A DNA stretch of 64,000 nt from an uncultured Parvibaculum sp. (GTDB taxonomy: Bacteria > Pseudomonadota > Alphaproteobacteria > Parvibaculales > Parvibaculaceae), in contig CAZFHW010000001.1 of the NCBI GenBank assembly GCA_964518885.1, positions 685-64,684 on the forward strand, in the 5' to 3' direction. The position numbers were made by a program, and so were the translations under genes. Below are positions 10,055 through 19,586 of this stretch, piece after piece. Position 1 is the stretch's first letter. Every line of letters begins with the position of its first letter. Below the pieces are notes generated by a model that did not search any database, was not told the origin of the DNA, and worked only from the letters and a program-made list of their open reading frames with translations.

Positions 10055-10507
10055 CTATTCGAACAGCAGCGTAATTGTTTCTGCGACCAGGGCAGGGCGT
10101 TCCTGACCTTCGATCTCAATGGTCACTTCATTGATGAACTGCGTGCCACCGGCTTTAGGATTGGTGCTCTTAAGTTTCATGCGGCCACGAACCTTGGAAC
10201 CAACGGGCACCATGTTGGTGAAGCGCACAGCGTTGGAACCGTAATTGATGCCCCGGGACACGCTTTTCACACCGCTGATCTGGCCCATAAGCATAGGCAG
10301 CAGAGAAAGCGTCAGATAGCCATGCGCAATGGTTGGCATGCCGAGTTCTTTCTGGGTCCGCTCAGGGTCGATATGGATCCACTGGTGGTCACCCGTAGCC
10401 TCAGCGAACATATTGATCCGCTCCTGATCGATCACGGTCCAATCGCTGACACCGATTTCCTTACCGGCCTCCGCCGCATAATCGGCGATAGTATCAAACA
10501 TGCGCAT
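10055..10507 (-). CDS. MaoC family dehydratase
   Basis: FAEATGDHQWIHID, TIAHGYLTLSL, INYGSNAVRF..VPVGSKVR. Confidence 0.92.
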   Translation of the reverse strand: MRMFDTIADYAAEAGKEIGVSDWTVIDQERINMFAEATGDHQWIHIDPERTQKELGMPTIAHGYLTLSLLPMLMGQISGVKSVSRGINYGSNAVRFTNMVPVGSKVRGRMKLKSTNPKAGGTQFINEVTIEIEGQERPALVAETITLLFE

Positions 10508-10559
10508 AGCACAGCCTCCTTGTATGTTTTCTTGTTAGGGGGGAAGCCCCAGAATTCAC

Positions 10560-10907
10560 CTAAATGTCGTCTTGGTTTTTTACCTGAAGGTACCGGCCTC
10601 GTTCAAGGATTTCCAAGGCATAATCATCATAGCTGAGCCCAAGCTTACGCGCTTGCTCCACCCGTCTGCGCGCAATATCGTATGATGGTGGTGTCCAGGC
10701 CGTCGCATGGGCTTCGGCCATTTGTCGCCGCTCAAAAATATCCCAGTCAAACAGACCCGGCCCCAGATTGTGCCCAATCATGGGGTGCAAAGGCACAACG
10801 TAACCTTGATATTCCAGCCGCTCGACCCGTTGGGCGCGCATTTGCGCAAGCCGTTGCCCCGCTTTTGGGCGGTATTTATATTTGGCGGCGGGACGGGCGG
10901 CCAGCAT
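10560..10907 (-). CDS. Conserved alphaproteobacterial hypothetical protein
   Basis: IGHNLGP...AW...RRVEQARKLGLSYDDYALEILERGRYLQ resembles a recurring small-protein family; start uncertain. Confidence 0.55.
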   Translation of the reverse strand: MLAARPAAKYKYRPKAGQRLAQMRAQRVERLEYQGYVVPLHPMIGHNLGPGLFDWDIFERRQMAEAHATAWTPPSYDIARRRVEQARKLGLSYDDYALEILERGRYLQVKNQDDI

Positions 10908-10909
10908 GT

Positions 10910-11377
10910 CTATAACGACAGGCGGATGCGGACCCGGCGGTCTTCTCCAGCCTCCCAGGTCAATTCTTCAAGCCAGCCCCAGGTTTCCCCTTCCGGCTCA
11001 ATGGCAATGTCGCCGCGGCTCCAGCCTAGACGACGCAGTTCTGTGGCCACCGCCTCCGAGCGACCGCGGGCCAGCGCGGCGTTGGAGGCCGGATTGCCGG
11101 TTTTGCTTGCCTTACCAAATAGACAGACCTGAACGGCGTGCTGACCTGTCGCGCGTTCATAGACTTCGCGGATAATAGCCTTGTCTTCCCGGTCAAGGGC
11201 TGTGGAGCTTGGCTCGAAAAAGACAAAAAACTCCCGCTCAAACTTGCCACCCACCCCTTGGCGATTATTGCAACTTTTACCAGATGAGTGGATCTCAATG
11301 GCAAAGCTCATGGGCGCTGCGAGCGCCCCTACGAAAATGAAGGTGCTGACAAAAAAGAGAGAACGAATAAGGGACAT
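10910..11377 (-). CDS. OmpA-like C-terminal domain protein
   Basis: Signal peptide; VFFEPSSTALD, N.ALARGRSEAV, RRVRIRL. Confidence 0.75.
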   Translation of the reverse strand: MSLIRSLFFVSTFIFVGALAAPMSFAIEIHSSGKSCNNRQGVGGKFEREFFVFFEPSSTALDREDKAIIREVYERATGQHAVQVCLFGKASKTGNPASNAALARGRSEAVATELRRLGWSRGDIAIEPEGETWGWLEELTWEAGEDRRVRIRLSL

Positions 11378-11443
11378 GGTCCTGCCTGTGTTTTCAAATA
11401 GTATGGCGTACCCGGTGAGAGTCTACCTCGGTAGTGCCTCAGG

Positions 11444-12190
11444 TCAATCTCTGTCGCCGGTCTTCTGGCGCACGGCCTGTTCCAGCTCATGCAGAGGCCC
11501 TTCGCGCAGGCCGAATTCATTCAGATGCACAATGGTGCGGTAGAGATAGTCCCGATTGGTTCCAATATCCCCCTCCGCCTTGGCAATCCGGCGCACCGCC
11601 TTGGCGAACGGGACGCGCCCGGCAAACCGTTTGCTTGCCCGATTGGCAACAAAGGTGAGGCCGTCAACACGTCGGCCTTCAATATCCAGGGAAACCTGCC
11701 GCGGAACATAACCGGTGCCAATCATCTCACGGAGCCAGAGGATTTCTGTTTCGCTCTCCACATGTTCTGGCGCTATTCGGTGGGCAATGCCAATGCACGA
11801 GCCGCCGCTGTCCAGACCCAGCATTAGACCTGGGTTTTTCGGGCCCCCGCGCCCAATCACCAGATGAAGACAGAAGGCACGGTGATAGCCGAACAGGCGC
11901 GCGCGGGAGGACTCAGCGACATGAATGGCCGGGTTCCACATGAGAGACCCGTAGCCAAACACCCAAAGCGCTTTTTTGTTGGGAAAGCTATTGAGAAAGG
12001 TTCGTCGCGAGAGCTCTCGTTCTTCATGGGTGATGAGGGAATAGTTTGGCAGGGTAGCGACATGACGCTCCAGCCGGTCGATGAAGGCGGGCGTGAAATG
12101 CTCGCGCTTCAAAACCCCGTCGCCCGAAAAAGCAGGCAGGCGACGGGTCTTGTTTGATTGTTTCGTCGTGTTAGACGATTTTCGAGTCAC
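11444..12190 (-). CDS. chaC: Glutathione-specific gamma-glutamylcyclotransferase (ChaC)
   Basis: WVFGYGSLMWNP, RGGPKNPGLMLGLDSGGSC, LWLREM, G.NRDYL; start moved to GTG 12190 to reduce overlap with the ligase gene (start uncertain). Confidence 0.85.
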   Translation of the reverse strand: MTRKSSNTTKQSNKTRRLPAFSGDGVLKREHFTPAFIDRLERHVATLPNYSLITHEERELSRRTFLNSFPNKKALWVFGYGSLMWNPAIHVAESSRARLFGYHRAFCLHLVIGRGGPKNPGLMLGLDSGGSCIGIAHRIAPEHVESETEILWLREMIGTGYVPRQVSLDIEGRRVDGLTFVANRASKRFAGRVPFAKAVRRIAKAEGDIGTNRDYLYRTIVHLNEFGLREGPLHELEQAVRQKTGDRD

Positions 12191-13745
12191 GGTTTCCCCA
12201 GTAACGATCCCGCACCAGACGCTTGTAGAGCTTGCCCGTCGGGTGACGTGGTAATTCTTCATCGAAATCAACAGAGCGCGGACACTTCATTTGTGCAAGT
12301 TGTGACCGGCAGAATTCCAAAAGCTCCGCTTCCAATTCCGGGCCCGCATCGTTCCAGTCCATAGGCTGCACGACCGCCTTTACTTCCTCGCCAAAGTCTT
12401 CGTTGGGCACGCCGATCACCGCCACGTCCGCAACGCGCGGGTGGGTGATGAGAATATTCTCCGCTTCCTGCGGGTAAATATTCACACCGCCGGAGATGAT
12501 CATGAATGCTTTGCGGTCGGTGAGGTACAGGTACCCATCTTCGTCAACGCGGCCCACATCCCCCAGCGTTGACCAGCCGCGTTTCGTCGGATGGCGCGAC
12601 TCTTTCGTCTTGTCCGGGTCGTTGTGATACTCAAACAGGTCGTTCGGGTCCGCATCTTCGGCAGGGGCGAAATAGATCGAACCGGCCTCGCCTGCGGGAA
12701 GTTCTTTGCCTTCGTCGTCGCAAATATGGACGGACCCCAAAAGCGGTTTGCCGACGGAGCCTTTGTGTTCCAGCCACTCTTCAGAATTGAGCTGGCAAAA
12801 CCCATTGCCTTCGGACCCGGCGTAATATTCATAGATGATCGGCCCCCACCATTCGATCATCTGCTCTTTCACGGGCACCGGGCAGGGTGCCGCAGCGTGA
12901 ATGGCGACCTTATGGCTCGAGAGGTCGTATTTGCTGAGTTCTTCCCGCGGTGATTTCAACATGCGCACAAACATGGTGGGAACCCATTGCGAATGCGTGA
13001 TCTTGTGTTTCTCAATGAGCTCTAGAGCACCTGCCGGATCGAAATGATCCATGATAATGCAAGTCCCGCCGATACGCTGCACGGACATATTGTAGCGCAG
13101 CGGTGCGGCGTGATAGAGCGGCGCCGGGGAGAGGTACATTGTCTCTTCGTCCATGCCATAGAGCAGGGTGACGAGATTGAGCAGGCCCTCGCCCTCGTCA
13201 ATCGGCCCACCAGACAATTTCCGCCGAATGCCTTTCGGGCGGCCGGTGGTTCCTGACGAATAGAGCATGTCCGTGCCGGCCGTCTCATCCGCGATGCGTG
13301 TTGCGGGCATGCCATTGCGGGCTTCCTCGTAACTCTCATAGCCATCGTCTTTGCCATTGATCATGTAGCGTTTCTGAACGCCTTTCAAAAGTCCCTGACC
13401 CACGAGCTCTTCCGCAATCGGGGCCAGTTCCTTTGAGGTGAAGAAGAGTTTCGCGCCACAATCTGAGACGATGTAATCGACCTCCGGTGCGGTGAGCCTG
13501 GAGGAGGCGGCGGTGAAATAAAGTCCCGCGCGCTGGGCTGCCCAGCAGAGCTCCAGAAATCTGGCATTGTTCTCCATAAAAATGGCGATTGCGTCGCCTG
13601 GTACCAGACCTTCAGACCGAAACAGCTGAGCTGCCTGGTTCGTCCGGTCTTCAAGCTCTCCATACGTCACGATTTCGCCTGTGGATGCCATGATATAGGC
13701 AGGCTTGTCAGGGTTTTTCGCAGCGTGGTGGCATGGATGGAACAT
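12171..13745 (-). CDS. Acyl-CoA synthetase (AMP-forming)
   Basis: YSSGTTGRPKG, YYAGSEG, LGDVGRVDEDGYLYLTDRK, IISGGVNIYPQE, LPRHPTGKLYK. Confidence 0.93.
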   Translation of the reverse strand: MFHPCHHAAKNPDKPAYIMASTGEIVTYGELEDRTNQAAQLFRSEGLVPGDAIAIFMENNARFLELCWAAQRAGLYFTAASSRLTAPEVDYIVSDCGAKLFFTSKELAPIAEELVGQGLLKGVQKRYMINGKDDGYESYEEARNGMPATRIADETAGTDMLYSSGTTGRPKGIRRKLSGGPIDEGEGLLNLVTLLYGMDEETMYLSPAPLYHAAPLRYNMSVQRIGGTCIIMDHFDPAGALELIEKHKITHSQWVPTMFVRMLKSPREELSKYDLSSHKVAIHAAAPCPVPVKEQMIEWWGPIIYEYYAGSEGNGFCQLNSEEWLEHKGSVGKPLLGSVHICDDEGKELPAGEAGSIYFAPAEDADPNDLFEYHNDPDKTKESRHPTKRGWSTLGDVGRVDEDGYLYLTDRKAFMIISGGVNIYPQEAENILITHPRVADVAVIGVPNEDFGEEVKAVVQPMDWNDAGPELEAELLEFCRSQLAQMKCPRSVDFDEELPRHPTGKLYKRLVRDRYWGNRDSKIV

Positions 13746-13956
13746 GGTTGATCTCTCCCGTTGGACTTTTATTTAGTGGCCGCACAGGGTCTGTAGCGGC
13801 GTGCGTCGGCTTTTCTAGGGTGAGCCGTTCGGCGAAGGCTGTTATATCAGGAACCAGCATATATGCATCGCAGAATTCGTGTGGTTTTTTGCCTTAAGGC
13901 GTTTAGTCAATTGACGTAGGGGAAACAGAACGCCGCACGCCAACAGGGAGATAGTC

Positions 13957-14862
13957 ATGAGTTACAACACGATTAAATATGAGGTTGAGGACAATATTCT
14001 GACCCTCACGCTCAACCGGCCTGAGAAAATGAACGCCTTCACCGGCAAAATGATGATGGAAATGATCGACGCATTTGACCGGGCGGATGCCGACGATGAT
14101 GTCCGTGCGATCATTGTGACGGGCGAAGGAAAGGCATTTTGCGCAGGGGCTGATCTGTCTGCCGGTGCCAAAACCTTTGACTATGAAAAGCGTGATGATC
14201 GCCCTGACAAGAGCGGGTCAGCCGCATCGGCGGACGGTGAGATCGACTGGAGCCATGCTTCCGTTCGTGACGGCGGGGGACGTCTCACGTTGCGCATTTA
14301 TGAATGTATGAAGCCCGTCATTGGGGCAATCAATGGTGCCGCCGTGGGTATTGGTGTGACCATGCAGTTGCCGATGGACATCCGGTTGGCATCTGACAAA
14401 GCGCGATTTGGTTTTGTGTTCGCGCGTCGCGGCATCGTGCCTGAAGCGTGTTCCAGTTGGTTCCTGCCACGCGTGGTGGGGGTGAGCCAGGCATTGGAGT
14501 GGATTTATTCCGGCAGGGTGTTTGACGCGGCAGAAGCTTTGCGTGGCGGTCTGGTGCGCGAAGTATATGCTCCAGACGACCTGCTGCCTGCAGCCCGGGC
14601 GATTGCACGCGAAATCGTCGAGAACACGGCGCCGGTTTCCATTGCTCTTTCGCGTCAGCTCATCTGGCGCATGGCCGGAGCGGACCACCCGATGGAAGCG
14701 CACAAGCTGGACAGTCGTTCCATTTTCTCGCGCGGTGCCTCTGCAGATGCGAAAGAGGGCGTGATGTCGTTCCTCGAAAAACGCCCGGCCGTTTTCCCCT
14801 GCAAAGTGTCAGAAGACATGCCGGTCTTCTATCCCTGGTGGGACGAGCGCGAATACGAATAG
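13957..14862 (+). CDS. Crotonase/enoyl-CoA hydratase family protein
   Basis: LNRPEKMNAF, AFCAGADLS, GAAVGIG, GIVPEACSSWFLPR. Confidence 0.93.
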   Translation: MSYNTIKYEVEDNILTLTLNRPEKMNAFTGKMMMEMIDAFDRADADDDVRAIIVTGEGKAFCAGADLSAGAKTFDYEKRDDRPDKSGSAASADGEIDWSHASVRDGGGRLTLRIYECMKPVIGAINGAAVGIGVTMQLPMDIRLASDKARFGFVFARRGIVPEACSSWFLPRVVGVSQALEWIYSGRVFDAAEALRGGLVREVYAPDDLLPAARAIAREIVENTAPVSIALSRQLIWRMAGADHPMEAHKLDSRSIFSRGASADAKEGVMSFLEKRPAVFPCKVSEDMPVFYPWWDEREYE

Positions 14863-14963
14863 AGCGTATTCCCGAAAAATTGCATGACTTTTCGGACAAG
14901 AATATGCGTCTGGAAAAGCGTATTCCCGAAAAGTTGCATGACTTTTCGGACAAGAATATGCGT
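14863..14963. repeat. Two tandem 47-bp palindromic REP/RIME-like units (period 54 bp)
   Basis: AGCGTATTCCCGAAAA(A/G)TTGCATGACTTTTCGGACAAGAATATGCGT at 14863-14909 and 14917-14963, 1 mismatch; inner stem CCGAAAAGT/ACTTTTCGG (perfect in copy 2); lies between convergent genes. Confidence 0.85.
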
Positions 14964-14979
14964 TGAAAACAGCCAGCGG

Positions 14980-16230
14980 TCAGGCGGGTTTCTCTGCCTG
15001 GCCGGTACCGGCTTCAATTTTCCACAAGTTGGTAAAAAAGAAGACCATAAGCCACAGCACCACCATGCAGGACGAAGGCACGAGCACGGCGTTAAGTGGC
15101 CCGAAGGCCTGGATGACAAAGCCCGCCATAAAGGCGCCGATCGGTCCGCCGCCCATCATGCCCAGCTGAAACACAGAAAGCACACGGGCGCGGTGCGTAT
15201 CCGTCGCCGCGATCTGCACAATGGCGCGGGACTGGCTCATCGAAATGCCCGACGAGAGACCCCAGAAGAGCGCCAACACATACACCGCCCAAAGCGGGGG
15301 ATGAAAGTGCACAAACACCATCATGATAGAGCCGGTGCACATGGCCAGCATGATGGCGCGCCCTTGTCGCTTAATGGGACGGAGACGGCTCAGCACCATG
15401 GACGAGATGCCGATCCCGCCGAAGAAACAGATATTGATAAAGGCAATCTCGAACGATCCGCCCCCATAGACATCTCGCATCAGGATGGGAAACAGCACCA
15501 TGAACACGCCGATATAAAGGATGCCTGCAAAAAACATCATCAAAATGACGGATCGAAGGTCGGCGTTTCGCCAGACAATCTCAACGCCTTCTCGTATTTG
15601 CGAGAGTTGAGAAGGGCGCTTCTTGCCAGGCTCATGGAGAACAGATGGCGGGGCCTTCGGCAACTTCATCGTGGTTGCAGCCGCAACGATCAGCGATAGG
15701 GATTGCGCCAGCATCAGCGGTACTGCACCTATAATCGTTGCCAATCCACCGATCAGCAGGCCGACGACCTGTGACAAAAACTGCGCGCCCGTTGCAAGGG
15801 TGACAGCTTGTTGAATGCGCCCGCCAAGGCTGGTCATGGCCACCCGGTTTAGAAGGGAGTCGCGGGCCGGCATTGTGTAGGCGCCCAGGGCGGACAGGAC
15901 GATGGCGTAAATAATCAACGTCTCATAGTCCACATACCCGGCGGCATAGAGGCCCGCGAGTACAAAAGGCGCCACGGCGGCTAAAAGTTGCAGCCGCATA
16001 AGATATCGTCGCAATTCTCTCCGGTCAGCTGTCGCCCCGCCGAACAATCCGAGCACCAACATGGGCAACATCGCAAACATCTGCGCTATGCCCGCGCGCT
16101 CTGCGCTTTGTTGCAGGACAAAGACGATCAGCCAGGGGAAGAGCACAGACTGAATGCCACCAGAAAAGAAGTAGGCGGAGATCCCCCCCATATACCACCG
16201 CAGGTCAGATCGATTGTCAGTGGTTGGCAC
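14980..16230 (-). CDS. MFS transporter (EntS/DHA3-like), paralogue 1
   Basis: About 12 TM segments; GGATADR motif A, PARDSLL, RARVLSVFQ. Confidence 0.85.
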   Translation of the reverse strand: MPTTDNRSDLRWYMGGISAYFFSGGIQSVLFPWLIVFVLQQSAERAGIAQMFAMLPMLVLGLFGGATADRRELRRYLMRLQLLAAVAPFVLAGLYAAGYVDYETLIIYAIVLSALGAYTMPARDSLLNRVAMTSLGGRIQQAVTLATGAQFLSQVVGLLIGGLATIIGAVPLMLAQSLSLIVAAATTMKLPKAPPSVLHEPGKKRPSQLSQIREGVEIVWRNADLRSVILMMFFAGILYIGVFMVLFPILMRDVYGGGSFEIAFINICFFGGIGISSMVLSRLRPIKRQGRAIMLAMCTGSIMMVFVHFHPPLWAVYVLALFWGLSSGISMSQSRAIVQIAATDTHRARVLSVFQLGMMGGGPIGAFMAGFVIQAFGPLNAVLVPSSCMVVLWLMVFFFTNLWKIEAGTGQAEKPA

Positions 16231-16327
16231 GGTGTATCCCCGAGGGTGTGAGGTTCATTTCAGATGGGTTTGATGGCGACAGGCCTATGTGGTCTGCCTC
16301 GCGAAGGCAAGAGGCATACTGGAAATG

Positions 16328-17527
16328 TCAGTCGGACGCTGCGTCGTGGGCCAAGGAGCGGATGCTCCAGATCGGGGTCAGCAGGCACGCGAGAGCAAGC
16401 ATGATCAGCATGCCGACCGAGGGCACCACTACCGCAATTCGCGGCCCCCACCACTCAATGTACAGGCCACACAGGAAGGCGCCAAGGGGCGCGCCCCCAA
16501 GGACACCCATCTGAAAGACCGAGAGAATACGTCCCCGGTGGCTTGCTGGCGCCGATTCCTGAATGATCGTGCGGTTCATTGTCATGGCGACCCCGCCGCC
16601 ACATCCCCACAGAAATGCAACAGCCATAAAGGCCGGGAAGGTCGGAGCAATCGCAAACGATGCCATCACAAAGGCACCGGCGCCAAGAGCCAGGATGAGG
16701 GCACGACCTTGTCGTACAATCCCACCACGGCGCCCGATCAGAATGACCGTGACGATGATGCCGCTCATCATCGCGACATTGCTCATGGCCAGTTCACTTG
16801 AACCGCCAAGGAAAACGTCGCGCACAAGTATCGGCATGACAACCTGCGAGGTACCAAAAAATAGAATGCCCACACCAAAGACGATCACTGTGGGTGCCAA
16901 AAGGCGTGGCGTGCGGGCAACTTCGCGGAGCCCGTCTGCAATCACGGCAAGTGACGGCGCCTTGCTTCCCTCTGGCCGGTGGGTGGGAAGTTTGAATGCC
17001 AAAGCTGCCCCCATCCACAACAGGGCGGTTTGGGAAAGAAAGATCAGGGCAACCCCGATTACGCCTTCCAGGCTCGCCAGGCCGAAGCCGATAATTTGGG
17101 AACCGAATTGGAACGCGGTCGCGGCCATCACCGCTTTTTGAATTTTGCCACTGGCAATATGATTAAGTAGCGCGTCGCGCGCGGGAATAATAAACGCCCC
17201 CGCAATCCCCATCGCCACCGCATAGATCAGCAACACCGGATAGGTGAGGGCACCCATGCTGATGACGACAAACAGCGCCAGCGGGGGAACGCCTGCAAGA
17301 AAATGCACAAGGATCAAAATACGGCGGCTGTCCAGATGGTCCGCCGTGGCACCTCCCACAAGAATCAACAAAAAGGTAGGCAGGAAGAGCGCCATCATCG
17401 CAATCCCGAGTTCGGTCGGTCCCTCACCCAGTTGCATGGTGATGAGAAAAGGAAACATCACCGTCTGAATGCCTATGGCACTAAACCAGCTGGTCAGACC
17501 ACCAAGATAGAACGTCATAGGCCGCAT
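16328..17527 (-). CDS. MFS transporter, paralogue 2
   Basis: GGATADH, PARDALL, RGRILSVFQMGVLGGAPLG; ATG 17527 preferred. Confidence 0.85.
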   Translation of the reverse strand: MRPMTFYLGGLTSWFSAIGIQTVMFPFLITMQLGEGPTELGIAMMALFLPTFLLILVGGATADHLDSRRILILVHFLAGVPPLALFVVISMGALTYPVLLIYAVAMGIAGAFIIPARDALLNHIASGKIQKAVMAATAFQFGSQIIGFGLASLEGVIGVALIFLSQTALLWMGAALAFKLPTHRPEGSKAPSLAVIADGLREVARTPRLLAPTVIVFGVGILFFGTSQVVMPILVRDVFLGGSSELAMSNVAMMSGIIVTVILIGRRGGIVRQGRALILALGAGAFVMASFAIAPTFPAFMAVAFLWGCGGGVAMTMNRTIIQESAPASHRGRILSVFQMGVLGGAPLGAFLCGLYIEWWGPRIAVVVPSVGMLIMLALACLLTPIWSIRSLAHDAASD

Positions 17528-17553
17528 GGTATTGATCCTTAAATCCGGGGAGT

Positions 17554-18834
17554 TCAGACAGGGGGGTGAGCGCGCAGCACCCAAAGGTGTGACTTCACCA
17601 TAAGCCATGCAAGCACAAGTGTCATGCCGAGTGCCGGAAGCCACATGGCGTTATGGGTTCCAAAATAGCCCGCCATGAAACCCATGATGAGAGCACCAAG
17701 AGGGGCGCCACCGGCAAAACCCATTTGAAAGATCGCCAGAGCACGGGCGCGAAACGCTTCGTCTGTTTCTTCTTGAACGATTGTACGACTGAGAGTCATG
17801 ACGCAACCGGCCCCCAGGCCCCAGACAAGGCAGAGCACGCAAAAGAGCCAGTAGGGCAATTCAAAGGTCAGCCCGACGACGACAAGCGCGCCGCCGAAGA
17901 GGGAGAGGATCATCGCCCGCCCGCGCCGCGTCACATGGCCAAAACGCAGAAGAAAAACCGTGGCAACAATCATGCCGCCGAAGAAAGCGATGTTCGCAAT
18001 GCCGATCTCCACCACACCCCCATGATAGTAGTCGCGCACCAGCAGCGGCAGGGCCACGAGAAACGATCCGACGAAGAAAACACCAATGGCGAACATGGCG
18101 ATGATGACGGGTAGCAATAGGTCGGATCGGCGAACATAGCGGAGGCCATCCCGCATTGCCTGCGCGCGCGACGGATGAACAGTGTTCGGGTCCAGCTTTT
18201 TGCGGGGTAACCGGCGGGCGGTGAGCCCTCCTGCAAGGATCACAAGCGACTGTCCGGCGAAGAGAAGAGGGGCGCCGATCGCCGCAGCCGAAAGGGCAAT
18301 GACCATGCCCAACAGCTGCGCAATTTGCTGCACGGCCATGGCCAGTGTGACCGTCTGTTGGATGTTGCCGCGCGCAACCCGGTTCAAGCTTGCATCGCGC
18401 GCGGGCACCGCAAATGCCGTCGCGGTTCCCATGAGCAGGCCGTAAAAAATCAGAACTTCAAAACTGAGAAGATCCGCGTTAAGAGCCGTTGCCAACGCGA
18501 GCGGTGGTAAAGCCGCAAACAGATGAACGCGAAAGAGGATGGTGCGCGGGTCGCCGCGATCCGCCGTCGCTCCCCCTAGCAGCATGAAAAGAAGTGCCGG
18601 CGCAGAAAGGCTCATTTGCGCGATACCGATCCGGGCAGGTGTCTCATCCAGAACCATAGCCACGAGATAGGGAAACATGACAAATTGCAGGCCAAGGCTG
18701 GCATACCACGTCCCTTGGCCGGTCAAGTACCAGGCGAGGGGCCCAGAACCGCTTTGTGAGTCAGAGCCGCCTTCGCTTTGCTGATCTGCTGCCAATCTAC
18801 CACCCCCGATTTTGGTCTCCGCAAAAAGACCCAC
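17554..18834 (-). CDS. MFS transporter, paralogue 3
   Basis: GGATADR, PARDASL, RARALAIFQMGFAGGAPLG; start uncertain. Confidence 0.85.
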   Translation of the reverse strand: MGLFAETKIGGGRLAADQQSEGGSDSQSGSGPLAWYLTGQGTWYASLGLQFVMFPYLVAMVLDETPARIGIAQMSLSAPALLFMLLGGATADRGDPRTILFRVHLFAALPPLALATALNADLLSFEVLIFYGLLMGTATAFAVPARDASLNRVARGNIQQTVTLAMAVQQIAQLLGMVIALSAAAIGAPLLFAGQSLVILAGGLTARRLPRKKLDPNTVHPSRAQAMRDGLRYVRRSDLLLPVIIAMFAIGVFFVGSFLVALPLLVRDYYHGGVVEIGIANIAFFGGMIVATVFLLRFGHVTRRGRAMILSLFGGALVVVGLTFELPYWLFCVLCLVWGLGAGCVMTLSRTIVQEETDEAFRARALAIFQMGFAGGAPLGALIMGFMAGYFGTHNAMWLPALGMTLVLAWLMVKSHLWVLRAHPPV

Positions 18835-18920
18835 GCCAAACCTGACGCTCTGCTCTCAATAAACCATGTAGGGCTCATATCAAACTTTTGAATCGCAAGT
18901 GTCTTGCGCTGAGGAAGCAA

Positions 18921-19586
18921 CTACCGCCCTGCCTTTTTCATATCGGCGTAGCGATGCGTGGCTCCATTTCCCTCGGTTCCCAGCGCAACCAGCATGGCTT
19001 TGGCAACATCTGTCGCCGCGATCCCGCGATATTTCTGCAGCGGCCCCTGTAGTCCAAGGTTGAGAAAAGGGGTGACCGCGATGGCCAGTTGCTCCGCCGG
19101 TCGGGCTTCTCTCCGCACGCCCAGCAAGACACCGGGCTGAAAGATATGCAGTGCGGGGAAACCCATCGCGCGGATCGCATCTTCGGTCTCTCCTTTGACC
19201 CGCGAATAGAAAATCGATGAGCCAGCACTTGCGCCGACCGCCGAGACGAGTGCGAACCGCTTGGCGCCCGCCGCCAACGCGGCGCGGGCAAAAGCTGTCT
19301 CATAATCAAAATCGACTTTGCGGAAGGCCGCCTGGCTACCCGCCTTCTTGATCGTCGTGCCGAGCGCGCAATAGGCTTCGTCCGCCTTGATGTCTGCCGC
19401 GCGAATACCGTCTTCCAGTGTATCAAAATCAACCACAAGATTGTTCAGCTTGTCGTGTGTTCGCTCCAGTGGTTGTCTGGTCACCGCAACAATCCGGGTG
19501 TGGCGTGGAGAAGCAAGCAGGTACTCAAGCAAGTGTCCGCCGACAAGGCCGGTGGCACCGGCGAGAAGGGCTGTTGTTGTGGTCAT
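18921..19586 (-). CDS. NAD(P)-binding oxidoreductase (TIP30/YraR-like atypical SDR)
   Basis: GATGLVG, CALGTTIKKAGSQAAFRKVD, FYSRVKGE; ATG overlaps the upstream TGA. Confidence 0.88.
   Translation of the reverse strand: MTTTTALLAGATGLVGGHLLEYLLASPRHTRIVAVTRQPLERTHDKLNNLVVDFDTLEDGIRAADIKADEAYCALGTTIKKAGSQAAFRKVDFDYETAFARAALAAGAKRFALVSAVGASAGSSIFYSRVKGETEDAIRAMGFPALHIFQPGVLLGVRREARPAEQLAIAVTPFLNLGLQGPLQKYRGIAATDVAKAMLVALGTEGNGATHRYADMKKAGR

Noticed and set aside
12171-12271. 100-nt overlap between chaC and the acyl-CoA ligase as drawn in the ORF track
   Set aside because: Resolved by a downstream GTG start at 12190
13891-13915. Adjacent 10-bp palindromes GCCTTAAGGC and GTCAATTGAC in the ligase/crotonase spacer
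   Set aside because: Short, no cognate regulator nearby; may be back-to-back -35 elements or chance
14863-14963. Possible CRISPR array
   Set aside because: Only two units, a 7-nt gap, no cas genes; fits a REP/RIME-type element
14884-15699. 271-aa plus-strand ORF with duplicated MTFRTRIC
   Set aside because: Shadow of the MFS gene; the duplication comes from the DNA repeat
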